Source: Mobula birostris (lineage: Eukaryota). Taken from it: a DNA stretch of 64,000 nt. The translations under genes were made by a program, and so were the position numbers. The DNA is taken from positions 98,107,604 through 98,171,603 of the forward strand of contig NC_092383.1 of the NCBI RefSeq assembly GCF_030028105.1, given 5' to 3'. Each line of letters starts with the position of its first letter. The stretch's first letter is position 1. Under the pieces are notes generated by a model. That model made no database searches, was not told the DNA's origin, and was given only the letters and a program-made list of their open reading frames with translations. Positions 1 to 14,236 of the stretch are shown here, piece after piece.

Positions 1-238
1 CTCCGTAGATCATGGATTTCCAGACTGAAGTTCCCAGGATGAAAGGTTATCCGTCGCTTGTACTCGTCAGGACCGAAGTAGCTAACGTTACCCTTCGAGT
101 ACTTCACTATCATGTTTCTGGGTGATACCCGTCTCCACACAACATCAGCAACGTCCGGTCCGACTGGGATCCCAGGATGTAAGGAGACCGAGTGTCCCCG
201 AGCTCTGTTCACGGTGGTCGGGGGAGCCCCAGTCCCAG
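1..238 (-). CDS. IgV-domain exon of a CD2/SLAM-family receptor (gene 1), running off the window start
   Basis: Acceptor ctgtctcctcttgtctcctcAG at 240-239. Phase-1 translation (S)GTGAPPTTVNRARGHSVSLHPGIPVGPDVADVVWRRVSPRNMIVKYSKGNVSYFGPDEYKRRITFHPGNFSLEIHDLR has no stops. It shows the SVSL B strand without Cys, the C-strand Trp, and the YKxRI/NFSLxIxxL motifs typical of CD2/SLAM V domains. N-glycosylation sequons NVS and NFS are present. Confidence 0.85.
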
Positions 239-1367
239 CTGAGGAGACAAGAGGAGACAGTCAGCAGATCAGCTCAGTGACTGGTGGAGGAATCAGAGCT
301 GTGAGAATCATAGATATAGCAACAGGCCGTACGGCCCATCGTCTGTCTCCCAGCCCTGTGAGAGAGCTGGCCCACAGATCCTCCATCACACAGTGAGCCC
401 ATGGGGGGGGTGGGGGAACAGAATGAAGACTCTCTGTACCCCGCCCTGAGGAAGAAATCGCAGCCTGCAGGCGGGGGGGGGGGGGATGTGCTCAGACATA
501 TCCTGGGAAGTTTGGGGGGCTGACACTGGGACACACCTCACTGTGGGTGTGCAGGGGTCAGGGGTCAGGAGATAGAGTGATTAGACTCGAGGTGACCACC
601 ACTCAGCTGGAATTGTCACTGGACCCGGGTCCCCAAACCCTCCTCCAGAGGTGGCTCATCACACCCTGAACCATCCTCGGGAAATGTCCCACCGGGTGCA
701 CCACCCCTCCCCAGTCTGCACTGTCTGAATCTCTCTGGCGTCTGGACCACTCGTGACAGGTGATGAGGAGGGTCCCGGTGAGTCTCTGTCTGTGAGGAGC
801 CCTCCCCGTCTACCTCAGGACCCCGCGTGGACAGTCCGGTGCTACAGGCTTTGGGCAGATTACTGTGGTCCTGGGGGAGGGGGGGGTGGCATGGTCAGAT
901 TTCCCTACGAAGTTCAAGAGGTTGCAGCTCCTTGTGAGTATCTGAAGGGCTGTTCTTCAGCCCCACTGTCCCCGGTGGGGAGGGGAGGAGGTGAGTACAA
1001 TAAAATAATACTAACACCAAACCCCCCCCCCCAACGCAATGGGGTCTAGAAAGAAAGGTCAGAACAACCTGGACTGGATCCAGCTGTTCCCCGTGTGAAG
1101 GGGAGCTGCATCTGTCATCAGCTGGAGACGGTGGTGCTTAGTGGGGCAGGAGGACTCCGGGGGACCCCTCACCATCTGTGCTGGTGTGGGAGAGAGGACA
1201 GGACCGACTTTCCCAGACAGGAGGGGAACCAAGCTGGGTTCCTCACAGCATGGGAATGTGTGGGGACAAGAGACACAAGTGACTGAAGATGCTGGAATAT
1301 GGAGCAATTTTTCAGCAGTTCTTTTGATTTTTGTCATTTTTCTGCCTGAGTTTCAAACCATCAACCA

Positions 1368-1560
1368 CCAGTCTGCCCATCATCCCTTCCTCAGCTGGCT
1401 CCACCAATCATGTGTCAGTCCCTTTCTCACCCCTCCCCCCCATCAATGCCCATCATCCCTTCCTCAGCTGGCTCCACCAATCACATGTCAGTCCCTTTCT
1501 CACCCCTCCCCATGCACATCATCACATCCTCCACTGGCTCCACCAATCAGGTGTCAGCCC
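1368..1560. repeat. Three imperfect copies of a ~65-70 bp pyrimidine-rich unit
   Basis: catcatcccttcctcagctggctccaccaatca...gtcagtccctttctcacccctcccc recurs three times. Confidence 0.8.
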
Positions 1561-2271
1561 CTGCCTCACCCCTCCCTCTTGCCCTTTTCCCTTGGCCCCC
1601 TCCCCTCGATGCCCTCAGTTCAGTTGCCGAGTCCTGATCTGAAATGTCGAACATCCTTCTGCCTCCTCAGATGTTGCTCAGCCAGCTGAGTTCCTCCAGC
1701 AGTTTGTTTTTTTTGCTGGTATGGGAGAGACTGAGGGTGGGGCTGCCCAGTGTTACAGAGAGGCTGGGGTCCTCTCACCCTGTGTACAGGAACCCCCTTC
1801 CCCACCTGTCTTCGGCCCAGGACCCCTGGAGTGTGCAGACTGTTCCTGTGTTACCCCAGAGTGGGACGAGCTCAGGTTGTTACCTCGGAGACAATATCCT
1901 CTTCCCTCATGACTGAGAGTTGGAAAGACGAGGTGTTTGAAGGCACTCCGGAAAATCCACTTCAGCTCAGCTCAGCTCAGAGTCCAAGCCATTTCTAGTG
2001 TCTCTTTCCTACTCGATCCTCCCCTCCTCTCCCCACCCTGAGCGGATCCCACATCGGACTCCACACTATATCCTTCCCCACTCAGGGAATCTGCCCACAC
2101 CCCTTTGTAGTCTCCTGACATCCTTTTCACAACTAACTCTGGAGCTGTGTGTGTGATCAGCACACTTACCAACCGCGCCCTGCTCCCCTGTGTCAGCTGA
2201 GCTGCCAGCCCCCACCCTGGAACACACCAGCCCAACCAAGAAAGGACAGGCTTTTGCCCGCTGACCCCAAT

Positions 2272-2930
2272 CAAAGTTCAAAGGTTCCAAGTACATTTAT
2301 TATCAACTTTTGTGTGCAGTCTACAACCCTGAGACTTGTCTTCTCACAGACAGCCACGAAGCAAAGAAACACCATGGAACCCGTTCAAAGAGAGCATCAA
2401 ACACCCAATGCACCAAAAGAAAGAACAAATCCTGCAAACGGCAAAAAATGAGCGAATAACACAGAGAACATAAAACGTCAAACCACAGGGTCCTTGAAAC
2501 AGTCCAGGACTGTTCAGTTCAGTTCAGTTCAGTTCAATTTAGCACTGTGTTGTTCATTGACTGCAGGCTGCAGAGCCAGACCACCCCAAACAAAATCACA
2601 CAAAATAGCAATAAAAAGAGTAACCAGAAACAAATATACCATGAACTACAGAGTCCAACCCACAAACTGTGTCGATTAAACCTTGCCCAAGGTCTAAGCC
2701 TCTGGCAGTCACCAGTGAGAGAGAGAGAGAGAGAAAGTCCAGTCACAGCCACACACAGGCAAACAGCACTGATCACCTGCTCGCCTTCCGCTCTCGCTCT
2801 CCTTGATTTGAACCTTGCTCGACGCTTTAATCAATGAGTTGGTTGAGAACTGGAACCGATCATGGGTTGGTGCTCTGCCATTAGACCGCATATTCTATTC
2901 TCAACCGCGCCAAATTTCCTCAGAGACAGC
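2272..2930 (-). mobile_element. Non-autonomous LINE-derived interspersed repeat containing (CAGTT)n and (GA)n tracts
   Basis: Begins tcaaagttcaaagg..tacatttattatcaa. The same terminus recurs near 47105 and 48920 in this window. No coding capacity. Confidence 0.5.
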
Positions 2931-3344
2931 AAAAGCACCAGATCACTCAGTCGGCCCAAAACACATTATCATAATATAAATTACAGGCTTCAATCACACA
3001 CAGATTAGTGGTGGAAGCATATTTAAAATAAGCAGTAGACGATCTTCCACCCCTCACACCCGGAATCTGACTCCCCCTCCTCGGACCACTGGTCTATCTC
3101 TTGACTTTACTTCCTTTCAACAAGGGAATGCTTTCAACATGTGAATCACATGAACCTTCTCTGGTCTCTGTTCACGTTTGGATTTGGGACATACCGCAGT
3201 CAGTGGCCCTGTTCTGAAATATGTTCCTATCTTCACATATTTCTCATTACAAAGAAGGAGGCCATTTGGTCCATCAAGTCTGTATGATCTTATCAATCCC
3301 ATTCCCTGTTGCTTCCCTCTAATATAACCTCTTGCACAGACCCA

Positions 3345-3700
3345 GTAACATCCCCCAGTGAAATAGGCCAATGTCAGCATGGTTTCCTTGAAGGAAAGTC
3401 TTGCCTGATGAATCGCTACTAAACAGGACAGATTTCCATGGTAGTAGCATGGATAAAAGACAAGGAGTGGGGAATAAAGGGGGGCTTTACTGGCTGCCGT
3501 GACTACTGGTGTTACGCAGAGTCGGCGTTGGGTTCATTACTTATCCAGTTATGTGTTCACGATCTGAATGATAGAATTGACGGCTTTCTGGCCAAGGTTG
3601 TAAATGATGTCTCAAGATAGCAATGAGCTGGGATTTATGTGGACGTCATGGCTTGTTTTGGGTTTTAGGAACGGGGATGCAGGGGAATTAGGGGGCTTGG
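3345..3700 (+). mobile_element. Degraded CR1 RT fragments
   Basis: ggtttccttgaaggaaagtcttgcctg (GFLxGKSCL) and aatgatctgaatgatagaattgacggc match the CR1 ORF2 copies elsewhere in the window. Confidence 0.6.
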
Positions 3701-4039
3701 AGGAGAGGCCAGAATCTTAAGTCTCCCGCTGTACGATTGAAGGACGGTGACACAGACAGGGGACAACTGCAGGCCAGGCTGACTGTCAGACCAGCAGACC
3801 AACGTGGATGACGGCTGATAGCTCTCTCAAGGTCACCAAGTGGTTGGCAGGTTCCAGGGACAGAGTTCTGTCTGAGCAGGAGAAATGGCATCCAATGATC
3901 CCTAGCTTTACAAATCAGTAAGACCAGAGTGCAAGGCCTAGTATTCAGGGTCCTGTCCTCGTCGAGCCCAGAGTTCGGTGAACAGTGGGTCTTGTGGTCA
4001 ATGCTGAGGATCGAGGCCTAACAGTCAAATTTCAGGAGT

Positions 4040-4345
4040 AGGGGCCTGTCGGCTGGAGCTCCAGATCTACGGATCTCTGCAAGTCCACTGGGGTAATCTG
4101 CATGTCCAGATCCAGATCAGATCTGAGTCTGCTGGGATAATCTAAGGACCAATGTCTGCAAGTCTGGATCCAGATTGAGTCCACCAGGGTAACCTGCATG
4201 TCTGGATCTGAGTCTGCTGGGATAATCAAAGGACCAATGTCTGCATGTCCAAATCCAGATCGAGTCCATGGGGTAATCTGCAAGTCTGGATCCGGATCGA
4301 GTCCATGGGGTAATCTGCAAGTCTGGATCCGGATCGAGTCCACTG
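4040..4345. repeat. Composite tandem repeat (37-bp unit alternating with a longer variant)
   Basis: gagtccatggggtaatctgcaagtctggatccggatc at 4262 and 4299, with variants upstream. Confidence 0.8.
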
Positions 4346-4377
4346 TAGGATGGAGGCTGAAGAACATGGACTGCCTT

Positions 4378-4990
4378 GATCAGAATCAGATTCAGGTTTA
4401 ATATCATCAGCATATGTTGTGAAATTTGTTGTTTTGCAGCAGCTGTACATTGCAAGACATACTGTAATTTTAAAAAAGACAAATTACAATAAGAAATATA
4501 TTTAAAATTAACTTACAGTAAATAAGTAGTGCAAAAAGACAACAGAGAAGAGAAAAAAATACTGAGGTGGTGTTCACGAGGTATTCAGAAATCTGATGGT
4601 GGAGGGGATGAAGCTGTTCCTGAAGTGTTGAGTGTGTGTCTTCAGGCTCCTGTACCTCCTTCCTGAAGTCAATGAGAAGAGCCATGTCCTGGGTGACGGG
4701 GGTCCCAATGGAGAAGATATCCTGGGTGACGGGGGGTCCAAATGGAGGAGTCCGGTATCCAGTTGCAGAGGGAGATACAGAAGCCCAGGTTGATTAGTAC
4801 CAAGGGTTTGATTGTGTTGAACGCTGAGCTGTAATCGATAGGCAGCAACATGACGTAGCTGCTGCTATTATCCAGCTGATTCAAGACCAAGTGGAGAGCC
4901 AGTGAAATTGCATCCTCTGTCGACCTATTATGGCACAGGCAAATAGCAGGGGGTCCACGTCCTTGCTTAGAAAAGAGTTAGAAGACTATG
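4378..4990 (-). mobile_element. Rex1/L2-type LINE remnant (RT piece plus 3' end, internally deleted)
   Basis: Minus ORF 4669-4890 reads ..LLPIDYSSAFNTI..LCNWI, an RT motif. An atcagaatcagattcag tail is at the left end. Confidence 0.7.
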
Positions 4991-5199
4991 TATGTGTGTA
5001 GGTGAGACAGAGAAACTGGGTTTGTTTTGCTTGCTGTGTTCTGTGTTCTGTCGAGCACTGCGGGCATGCTATGTTGATGCAGGAATATGTGGCGACCCTT
5101 GCGGGCTGCCCTCTACATACTCTCGCTGTGTTGGTTGTTGATCCAAATGAGACATTTTACTGTATGTTTCGATGTACTTGTGACAAATCATCTGGAATC

Positions 5200-6025
5200 T
5201 TGATACGTACCGTAGGTAGGTGGAGGGGCAGGTAGCAGGGAGTTTGCAAAAGTGTAGGGAAGGGAATGGCCATACACTTTGGTGGAAGAAATAAAGCCAG
5301 AGACTACTTTCTACACAGGCAATGAATTCAGAAACCGGAGGTGCACAATGACTTGGGACTCTTTGTGCTGGATTCTCTAAAGGGTAACTTGCAGGTGGAG
5401 TCAGAAGCAAGGAAGGCAAATGCAATGTTAGCATTCGGTTTGACAGGACTACAATATAAAAGGAATTCATTGCGCTGACCATATTTGGATTATGGTCAGT
5501 AGTTTTGGCCCACATGTCTAAGAAAGCTGTGCTGGCATTGGAGAGGGTCAGGAGGAGGTTTATGAGAAGGATCCCAGGAATGAAAAGGTTTGCATATTGA
5601 AGATGACTCTGGCACTGTACTTGCTGGAGTTTAGAAGAAGGATGTGGGATCTCATTGAAACCTATTGAATAGGTCTAGATAGAGTAGATTTGGAGAGCAT
5701 GTTTCCATTTTTAGGGAGTCTAGGACCAGAGGACACAGCCTCAGAATACAAGGATGTCCCCTTAGAACAGTGATGAGGAGGAACTTCTTTAGCCAAAGGA
5801 TAGTGAATCTGTGGAATTCATTGCTGTAGACGATTGTGGAGGGCAAATCCTTGGGTATATTTAAAGTGGAGATTGACATGTTCTTAGTTAGTAAGGGTGC
5901 CAGAGTTTACAGGGAGAAGGCAGGAGAATGGGGTTGGGAGGGAAAGTAAATCAGCCGTGGGGGAATGGTACAGCAACTTGAGAGGCCGAATGACCTAATT
6001 CTGTTCCTATGTCTTATGGTCGAAT
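5200..6025 (+). mobile_element. CR1 3' fragment
   Basis: Degenerate ORF2 C-terminus (gtagttttggcc, cagcctcagaatacaaggatgtcccttagaacag) and a CR1 3' UTR ending cctatgtcttatggt. Confidence 0.8.
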
Positions 6026-6124
6026 GCATCCTTTTGCTCCTTTGATAAGAAACACCACACGGGCAAACAGGAAATGGCAGCCAGTGGTTGGAAATAAGTG
6101 AGGAGGCCTCCTAGGGCATCCAAC

Positions 6125-6650
6125 AGTACAGCACAGGAACAGGTACCACAGCCCACCATATCTGTGCCAATTTTAATTCATCCCATCTGCATGCACATGG
6201 GTATCGGCCTCTACCCCATTGATTCATGTGTCTGTCTAAATGTCCCTTCAATGTTATTACAGTGTCTGCTTCCCCCACATCACCTGGCTGCACGTCCCTG
6301 CAGCCCACCACACTTGCCTTGTAACTTCTGTTTAAGCTTTCTCCCTGTTACCTGAAAGCCCTGCCATCAGGTATTTGACATTTCCACCATGGGTAAAGGA
6401 CGGTCCACTCTCTCATAATATTAAATACTATTCTCTCAGCCTCAGTCACTTGAGAGAAAGCAGCCCAGCTTTCTCCAAACTCTTTTCATTGCTCATATTT
6501 TCTAATCCAGGCAACAGCCTTACAAACCTTTTCCACCCCCTCTCCAGAGCCTCCACCTCCTTCCTGTAATGCAGCAACCAGAACTGCACTCAATGTGGCT
6601 CAAACAAAGTTTTATACAGCTGCATCATGACTTCCCGGTTTTCACACCCA
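6125..6650 (-). mobile_element. Degraded CR1 3' fragments
   Basis: Reverse complement of the CR1 C-terminus and 3' UTR (cagtacagcacaggaacagg..., tttctaatccaggcaac...cagaactgcac). Confidence 0.6.
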
Positions 6651-6709
6651 GCAGCTGAACACAGAAGATGAGCACTGAGTTGTTCAGAGGAGATTATGAA
6701 TATAACTGG

Positions 6710-9700
6710 GGCCTCTTCTGGGCGAGGTACAACCTGTACAGAAAGGACGGGTTACATCTGAACCCAAAGGGGTCCAATATCCCAGCGGGCTCATTTAGTA
6801 GAGCTGTTGGGGAGGGTTTAATCTAATTTGACAGGTGGATGGGAACCAGAGTGATAGGGCTTAGGAAAGGAAAAACAGAAATAAATCAAAAGGTAGTGTG
6901 CAACAGAGATGATAGAAGAACGGACAGGAGATGAGGCATAATCACAGCCAGTGGGATGAGTTACAGGGCAATAGAGTCAGGGTGCAGTTAAAACAGAAAG
7001 CGACAAATAATGGACTGAGAGTGTTGTATTTGAATGCAGGCAGCATAAGAAATAAAATGGATGATCTTGAAATTCAGCTACACATTGACAATTATGACAT
7101 TGTGGCCGTCTCTGAAACTTGGCTAAAGGATGGCTGCCATTGGGAGCTGAACGTCCAAGGATATACGTTGTATTAGAAAGATAGGTTAGTAGGGGGTGGT
7201 GTGGCTCTGTGTATGAAAAGTAATATTAAATCATTAGAAAGGGATGACATAGTATCAGAAGGTGTAGAGTCTCTATGGGTTGAGTTAAGAAATGGCAAGG
7301 GTAAAAGGATCCTAATGACAGTTGTATACAGGCCTCCAAACAGCAGCTGGGATGTGGATTACAAATTACAGCAGGAGATAGAAAAGGTGTGTCAGAAAAA
7401 CAATATCATGGTAATCGTTGAGTATTTTAACATGAAAGTGGATTAAGAAATCTAGGCCAGTACTGGACCTCAAGAGAGGAAATTTGTAGAATGCCTAAGG
7501 GATGGCTTTTTAGAACAGCTTGTTGTTGAGCCCACTAGGGGATTGGCTGTGTTGGATTGGGTGTTGTGCAATGATCCAGAGGTGATAAGAGAGCTTAAGG
7601 TTAAGGAACCCTTGGTGACCAGTGATCACAAGATGATCAAGTTCAATTTGAAATTTGAGAAGGAGAAACTAAATTCCAATGCGTCGATATTTCAGTGGAA
7701 TAAAGGAAATTACAATGACATGAGAGGGAAATTGGCCAAGGTTGACAGGAAAGGGACACAAGCAGGAAGGACATCAGAGCAGCAATGGCTGGAGTTTCTG
7801 CAGAAAAATGAGGGAAGTGCAAGATAGATATATTCCAAATAAGCAGACATTTTCGAATGGAAGAAGGACACTACCATGGCTGACAAGTGAAGTCAGAGCC
7901 AAAGTAAAAGCAAAAGAAAAGGCATACAAGGAAGCCAAAGCTAGTGGGAAGACAGAGGATTGGGAAGCTTTTAAAAACTTGCAGAAGGAAATTAAGAAGG
8001 TTGTTAGGAAGGAAAAGATGAATTATGAAAGGAAGCTGGTGACCAATAGCAAAGAAGATACTAAAAGTATATAAAGTATTTTAAGTACATAAGGGGTAAA
8101 AGAGAGTTGAGGGTAGATACAGGACGAGTAGAAAATGACACTGGAGAGGAACTGAATGCGTATTTTGCATCAGTCTTCACAGTCGAAGACATCTGCAGTA
8201 TACCAGACATTCAAGTGTGTCAGGGAAGTGAAGTATGTGTAGTGAAAATTATGACTGAGAAAGTGCTCAGGAAGCTTAATGGTCTGAGGGTGGATAAATC
8301 TCCTGGACCTGATGGAATGCACCCTCGGGTTCTGCAGGAAGTAGCTGGAGAGATTGCGGAGGCACTAACAATGATCTTTCAAGAATTGATAGATTCTGGT
8401 ATTGTACTGGATGACTGGAAAATTGCAACTATCACTTTGCTATTTAAGACGGGTGGGAGGCAGCAGAAGGAAAATGATAGACCTGTTAGCCTGACATCGG
8501 TGGTTGGGAAGTTGTGGGAATTGATTGTTAGGGATAAGATTATGGTGTACCTGGAGGCACATGACAAGATAGGCCAAAGCCAGCACGGTTTCCTGAAAGG
8601 AAAATCCTGCCTGACAAACCTACTTCAATTTTTTGAGGAAATAACAAGCAGGGTAGAAAAGGGAGATGCAGTGGATGTGGTGTACTTGGATTTTCAGAAG
8701 GCCTTTGACAAGGTGCCACACATGAAGCTGCTTAGAAAGATAAGAGCCCATGGAATTACAGGGGAGTTACCAGCAGAGAGTGGGAATGCAGGTATTCTTT
8801 TCTGGCTGGTTGCTGGTTACCAGTGGAGTTCCACAGGGGTCGGTGTTGGGACCGCTGCTCTTTACGATGTCTGTCAATGATTTGGACTATTGGATTAATG
8901 GATTTGTGGCTAAATGTGCCGATGATACAAAGATAGGTGGATGAGCGGGTAGTATAAAGGAAACAGAGAGCTTGCAGAGAGACTTAGATAGTTTAGGGGA
9001 ATGGGCAAAGAAGTGGCAAATGAAAAACAATGTTGGAAAGTGTATGGTCATGCACTTTGGTGGAAGAAATAAATGGGCAGACTATTATCTAAATGGGGAG
9101 AGAATTCAAAATGCAGAGATGCAAAGGGACTTGGGAGTCCTTGTGCAAGATACCCGAAAGGTTAACCTCCAGGTTGAGTCGGTGGTGAGGAAGGCAAATG
9201 CAGTGTTAGCATTCATTTCTAGAGGTATAGAATATAAGAGCAGGAATGTGATGTTGAAGCTCTATAAGGCACTCATGAGACCACACTTGGAATACTGTGT
9301 GCAGTTTTGGGCTCCTTATTTCAGAAAGGATACACTGACATTGGAGAGGCTTCAGAGAAGATTCACGAGCATGATTTCAGGAATGAAAGGGTTACTGTAT
9401 GAGGAACATCTGGCAGCTCTTAGGCTGTATTCCCTGGAGTTCAGGAGAATGAGGGGGATCTCATAGAAGCATTCCGAATGTTAAAAGGCCTGAACAGATT
9501 AGATACGTCAAAGTTATTTCCCATGGTAGGGGAGTCTAGGACAAGGGGGCACAACTTCAGGATTGAAGGACGTCCATTTAGAACAGAGATGTGGGAAATT
9601 ACTTTAGTCAGAGGGTGGTAAATCTGTGGAATTTGCTGCCACGAGCGGCTGTGGTGGCCAAGTTGTTAGGTGCATTTAATGCAGACATAGATAGGTTCTT

Positions 9701-9846
9701 AATTAGCCTGGGCATCAAAGGGTATGGGGAGAAGGCAGAGGAGTGGGGAAGACTGGAAGAATTGGATCAGCCATGACTGAAATGGTGAAGCAGACTCGAT
9801 GGGCCAAATGGCCTACTTCTGCTCCTATATCTAATGATCTTATGGT
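6710..9846 (+). mobile_element. CR1 LINE: ORF1 tail plus complete but frameshifted ORF2 (APE endonuclease + RT)
   Basis: ORF pieces contain LYLNAGSI..ETWL, VVYRPP, PGPDGMHPRVL, QHGFLKGKSCLTNL, DFQKAFDKVPH, GVPQGSVLGPLLF, CADD and RPHLEYC. The 3' tail ends cttatggt. Confidence 0.9.
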
Positions 9847-11296
9847 GTAGCTGATGAAGGTAGGGCAGTGGATATTGTTTACATGGACCATGGAAAAGAA
9901 TTTGAAAAGTTTCTCACGGCCAGCTGCTCAAGGCAGTCACACCACAGAGACAAAGGGCCAGTGCCAGGGTGCCTGACTAACGTTGCCTGCTAACTCATTT
10001 CTGCCCCCTGTCTTCCCCCCGTGCCTCTTCCAACCATCCCTCCAATCCACCCAACATCCTTGTCATGTTCCTTTCCCACAAAACGTCTCCGCACCTGGTC
10101 CCAGTTCCTGGCCCACTCTCCCTTACTGCTGCATCCCTTCCAAACAGATGAGCTGCCTGTCCAGTATTAGCAACAGGTTGGCTCTGTAGTTATTCAATGT
10201 GGATGGGAAATGCAAAAAATGGTTAGATGAATCCCATGAAAAGAGCAGAGAAATGTGTCTCAAACTTAAGGGAGCACAAAACATAGAAAGAACAGGCAAA
10301 GGATAATAGTGACTACCTCTGTGTTTCAAAAAAAATTGGTACCAGGATTCGCTAAAGGTTAATTTTCAGGCAGAGTCAGTAGTGAGGAAGACAAAAGTAA
10401 TGTTAGAATTCATTTCTAGAGGACTAGACTAGAAAAGCAAGGATGTAATACTGCAGCTTTATAAGGAACTGGTGAGGCCTCACTAGGAGAACTGTGAACA
10501 GCTTCAAGATGGTGCTGCATACAGTGGCCATGTTGCAAGCTCTGATCCCACTGTACAGTATACTGCTAAGTTCTGCAATTTCCTTCACATTTCTTGTTCA
10601 AGTACCCAATAGTCACATCAGATATGATAGACTGATTCTCCTGAACATTGGGAAGATGGCACTTACCCACGATGTGCCGCCTTTCCTACACTGGAAACCC
10701 CTGCTTGCGCGATCCATGTGAAACTCACCTACTGCACCGCCGTTACCTCGGAAGCAGCATCGGAGGTGAGGGAGAAGGCCCAGTGTCCTGGTGAGACTGA
10801 GAAGGCGTGCAAATCGTCCATCACTCGCTAACATACTCCTGGCTAGCATTAAGTCGCTAGAGAACAAGCGGTGCAAACTGAGAGCCAGAATCTCCTATCA
10901 ACGGGAAACAAAGGTGTGCAACGTTTGGTGCTTTGTGGAGACCTGGCTGATGGAGGAGATACCGGATCATGCCATTGGGCCCTCTGGTCTCTCCCTGTTC
11001 CGGGTGAACAGATCGAGAAACCTCTCTGGGAAGAGTAAGGGAGTTAGGATATGCTTCATGGTCAACAATCCTTTTTTTCCCCAGACCTGGAATACCTGGT
11101 GCTACTGTGCAGACCTTTCTGGCTGCCTGAAGAGTTCACAACTGTTATCATCACAGCGGTGTATATTCTGCTGCAAGCTGATACTGACCTGGCTCTCAAG
11201 GAACGGCACGAGACCATCAGCACCCTGGAGATCGCACACCCAGAGGCTGCCTTCATTGTCACCGGTGACTTTAATTGAGTATGGCTGACTAAAGTC

Positions 11297-12063
11297 TGTT
11301 ATGTACCAGCAACAATAGATCACAAAATGAGTCAGATTTTATTGTTAAAACCACTATATTTATTAGTCTCTACTCAAAAATTTAGAAAATTAAATGAAAT
11401 ATACAGAAGTTAACAGTGTTATGTGTTTGTGTGGCTCCCAAACTGTCAAGCTTAGGAACAGTTCTTAAAGTCTTTAGATGGCAACTACAAAAGGTCCAAT
11501 AATCCACAGATTAGGTGAGGGGAGAAACTTGTAAATCCACATTAAAATGTAGGGAGGAGGTGATTACAAAGAATTCCACAGGTTCCACACTGGGAAAACA
11601 AAGTAACAGTCGCTGAAGATCTTATCCGTCGAGTCGTCCCAAAATCCACATAGAAATATCACAAGGTGACAGTCACGGAATATTCCTTAGTATAAGTGGT
11701 TACCACATAAAATACCTGAAACCATGTAAGGGTTAACAAAGGTTGTCGCCACAGGGTACTCCAACAAAATCCACGTATGGATCATACGAAGTGACAGTCA
11801 CACATCCAATGTGCGCGGGGTGCTGTTGATCAACCCAAATCTCAGGGCAAGGGGAAGTATCAGACTTTACTCATTGTTGCAGCAAGCTACTGCCAGCTTG
11901 CGGTCCAAAGCGCACGCGCTCTCTCTCTCTCTCTCTCTCCTTTTCTTTCTTTCTGAAAATCCCAACTGTCTGTCTGCAGCTTGTTATACTGACATCATAG
12001 TTCCCCTTCATTTAGGTATTTTAAAGTGACACCCACAGTAAATGAAACCGTGGTCACGTAACA
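11297..12063 (-). repeat. 3' LTR of the minus-strand Gmr1 element
   Basis: Preceded on the element strand by the polypurine tract GGGGGAGG (12071-12064). Confidence 0.9.
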
Positions 12064-13494
12064 CCTCCCCCAAAAAGAGAAAATTCTGATCTGTAAGAGT
12101 AAAATTTTAACTGCAGACTTCAATATGTGAAACAATACATTTGCAGTTACCATATAGCATACTACAGACTAATATATCATACTGCAGAAGTGTGTACAAA
12201 TAGTCAATCTCACTCCACTGTTAAAAGTGCATTGCAAGCTTAACATCTAGAAAGACAGTCGGCAATTATATTATCCTTGCCTTTAATGTGAGTTATCATG
12301 AGATCATACTCCTGCAAAATCAAAATCCAATTCAACAACCGTCTGTTCTTTTTTTTTAACTTACTCAAGAACACCAATGGATTATGATCTGTATAAACCA
12401 CAAGTACGTTTGAGCTGGGCAAGCATACACATCAAAATGCTACAAAGCCAAAATAAGTGATAATAATTCCTTCTCGATGGTGGAATAAATTCTTTGATGC
12501 CTGTTCAATTTCTTTGAAAAGTTAGCCACAGGATGGTCAACACTGCTCCTGCAGCTTCATCACTGGCATCCACAGCTATGGAGAATGGCTTTGCAAAGTC
12601 AGGTGACTTGAGCATAGGTTGGTGACAGAAGATGGCTTTCAATTTATCAAACGCCTCCTGACAAGGCTCCGTCCAAACAAACTTTCCACGCTTCTTCAAG
12701 AAGTTAGTCAATGGGAGAGCAATATCATCAATGTTTTTACAGAACTTGCGATAATATCCGACCATTGCCAGGAATCTCTTAAGAGCTTTTATACCGGTTG
12801 GAATGAGAACCTCAGAAATTGTCTGAACTTCTGCCTGAACAGGAGCCACCCTGCCCTGACCTCCAACATAACCGAGATAGGTCACAGTGGCATGGCCAAA
12901 TTCACTCTTAGCTAAGTTAACTGTAAGATTGGCCTTTGAGAGCCTGTCAAACAGCTCTTCCACTGCAGAGATATGGCCTTCCCATGTGTCATTCCCTGTG
13001 ATCAAATCATCAATATAGGCATTTGTGTGTTCTAACTCCTGAATTACAGAATTAACCATTCTCTGGAATGTTCTTGGAGCATTTTTCATTCCAAATGGCA
13101 GAACATTGTATTCATACAATCCTGAAGGTGTTACAAATGCAGAAATTTCTCTACCTCTATCCGTTAATGGAACACACCAATACCCTTTTAACAGATCGAT
13201 TTTTGTAAGAAACTTAGCTTTTCCAACCTTGTCTACACAATCATCCACTCTAGGGATGGGATAATCATTTGTTTTTGTTATAGCATTCACCTTTCTGTAA
13301 TCAGTGCAAAACCTGATACTACCATCTGCTTTAGGTACCATAACACAAGGTGAGATTCAATTTGAAGTAGAATGCTTAATAATACCATTTTCTTACATAT
13401 ACTCAATTTCTTGTTCAGCAAGTCTACATTTTTCAATACTCCTGTGATGCGGATGCTGTTTTATAGGTTTTGGCATCACCGACATCTACATCAT

Positions 13495-14236
13495 TAGGAA
13501 AAGGGGAGGTGCAGCGAGACCTGGGTGTCATTATACACCAGTCATTGAAAGTGGGCATGCTGGTACAGCAGGTGGTGAAAAAGGCGAATGGTATGCTGGC
13601 ACTCATAGCAAGAGGATTCGAGTACAGGAGCAGGCAGGTACTACTGCAGTTGTACAAGGCCTTGGTGAGACCACACCTGGAGTATTGTGTGCAGTTTTGG
13701 TCCCCTAATCTGAGGAAAGACATCCTTGCCATAGAGGGAGTACAAAGAAGGTTCACCAGATTGATTCCTGGGATGGCAGGACTTTCATATGATGAAAGAT
13801 TGGATTGACTCAGCTTATACTCTCTGGAATTTAGAAGATGGAGGGGGGATCTTATTGAAACGTATAAAATTCTAAACAGATTAGACAGGCTAGATGCAGG
13901 AAGATTGTTCCCGATGTTGGGGAAGTCCAGAACGGGGGGTCAAAGTTTAAGGATAAAGGGGAAGCCTTTTAGGACCGAGATGAGGAAAATCTTCTCCACA
14001 CAGAGAGTGGTGAATCTGTGGAATTCTCTGCCACAGGAAACAGTTGAGGCCAGTTCATTGGCTATATTTAAGAGGGAGTTAGATATGGCCCTTGTGGCTA
14101 AAGGGATCAGGGGGTATGGAGAGAAGGCAGGTACAGGGTTCTGAGTTGGATGATCAGCCATGATCGTACTGAATGGCGGTGCAGGCTCAAAGGGCCGAAT
14201 GGCCTACTCCTGCACCTATTTTCTATGTTTCTATGT
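13495..14236 (+). mobile_element. 5'-truncated CR1 inserted antisense into the Gmr1 pol
   Basis: RPHLEYCVQFWSP..., tail (TTCTATGT)2, and ATCAT duplicated at 13490-13494 and 14237-14241. Confidence 0.9.

Noticed and set aside
1884-2216. Minus-strand donor-like sites (MREEDIVSE|gtaac at 1884; GCGGTTG|gtaagt at 2170) as alternative first exons
   Set aside because: No hydrophobic leader, and the 1884 site is phase-incompatible with the IgV exon.
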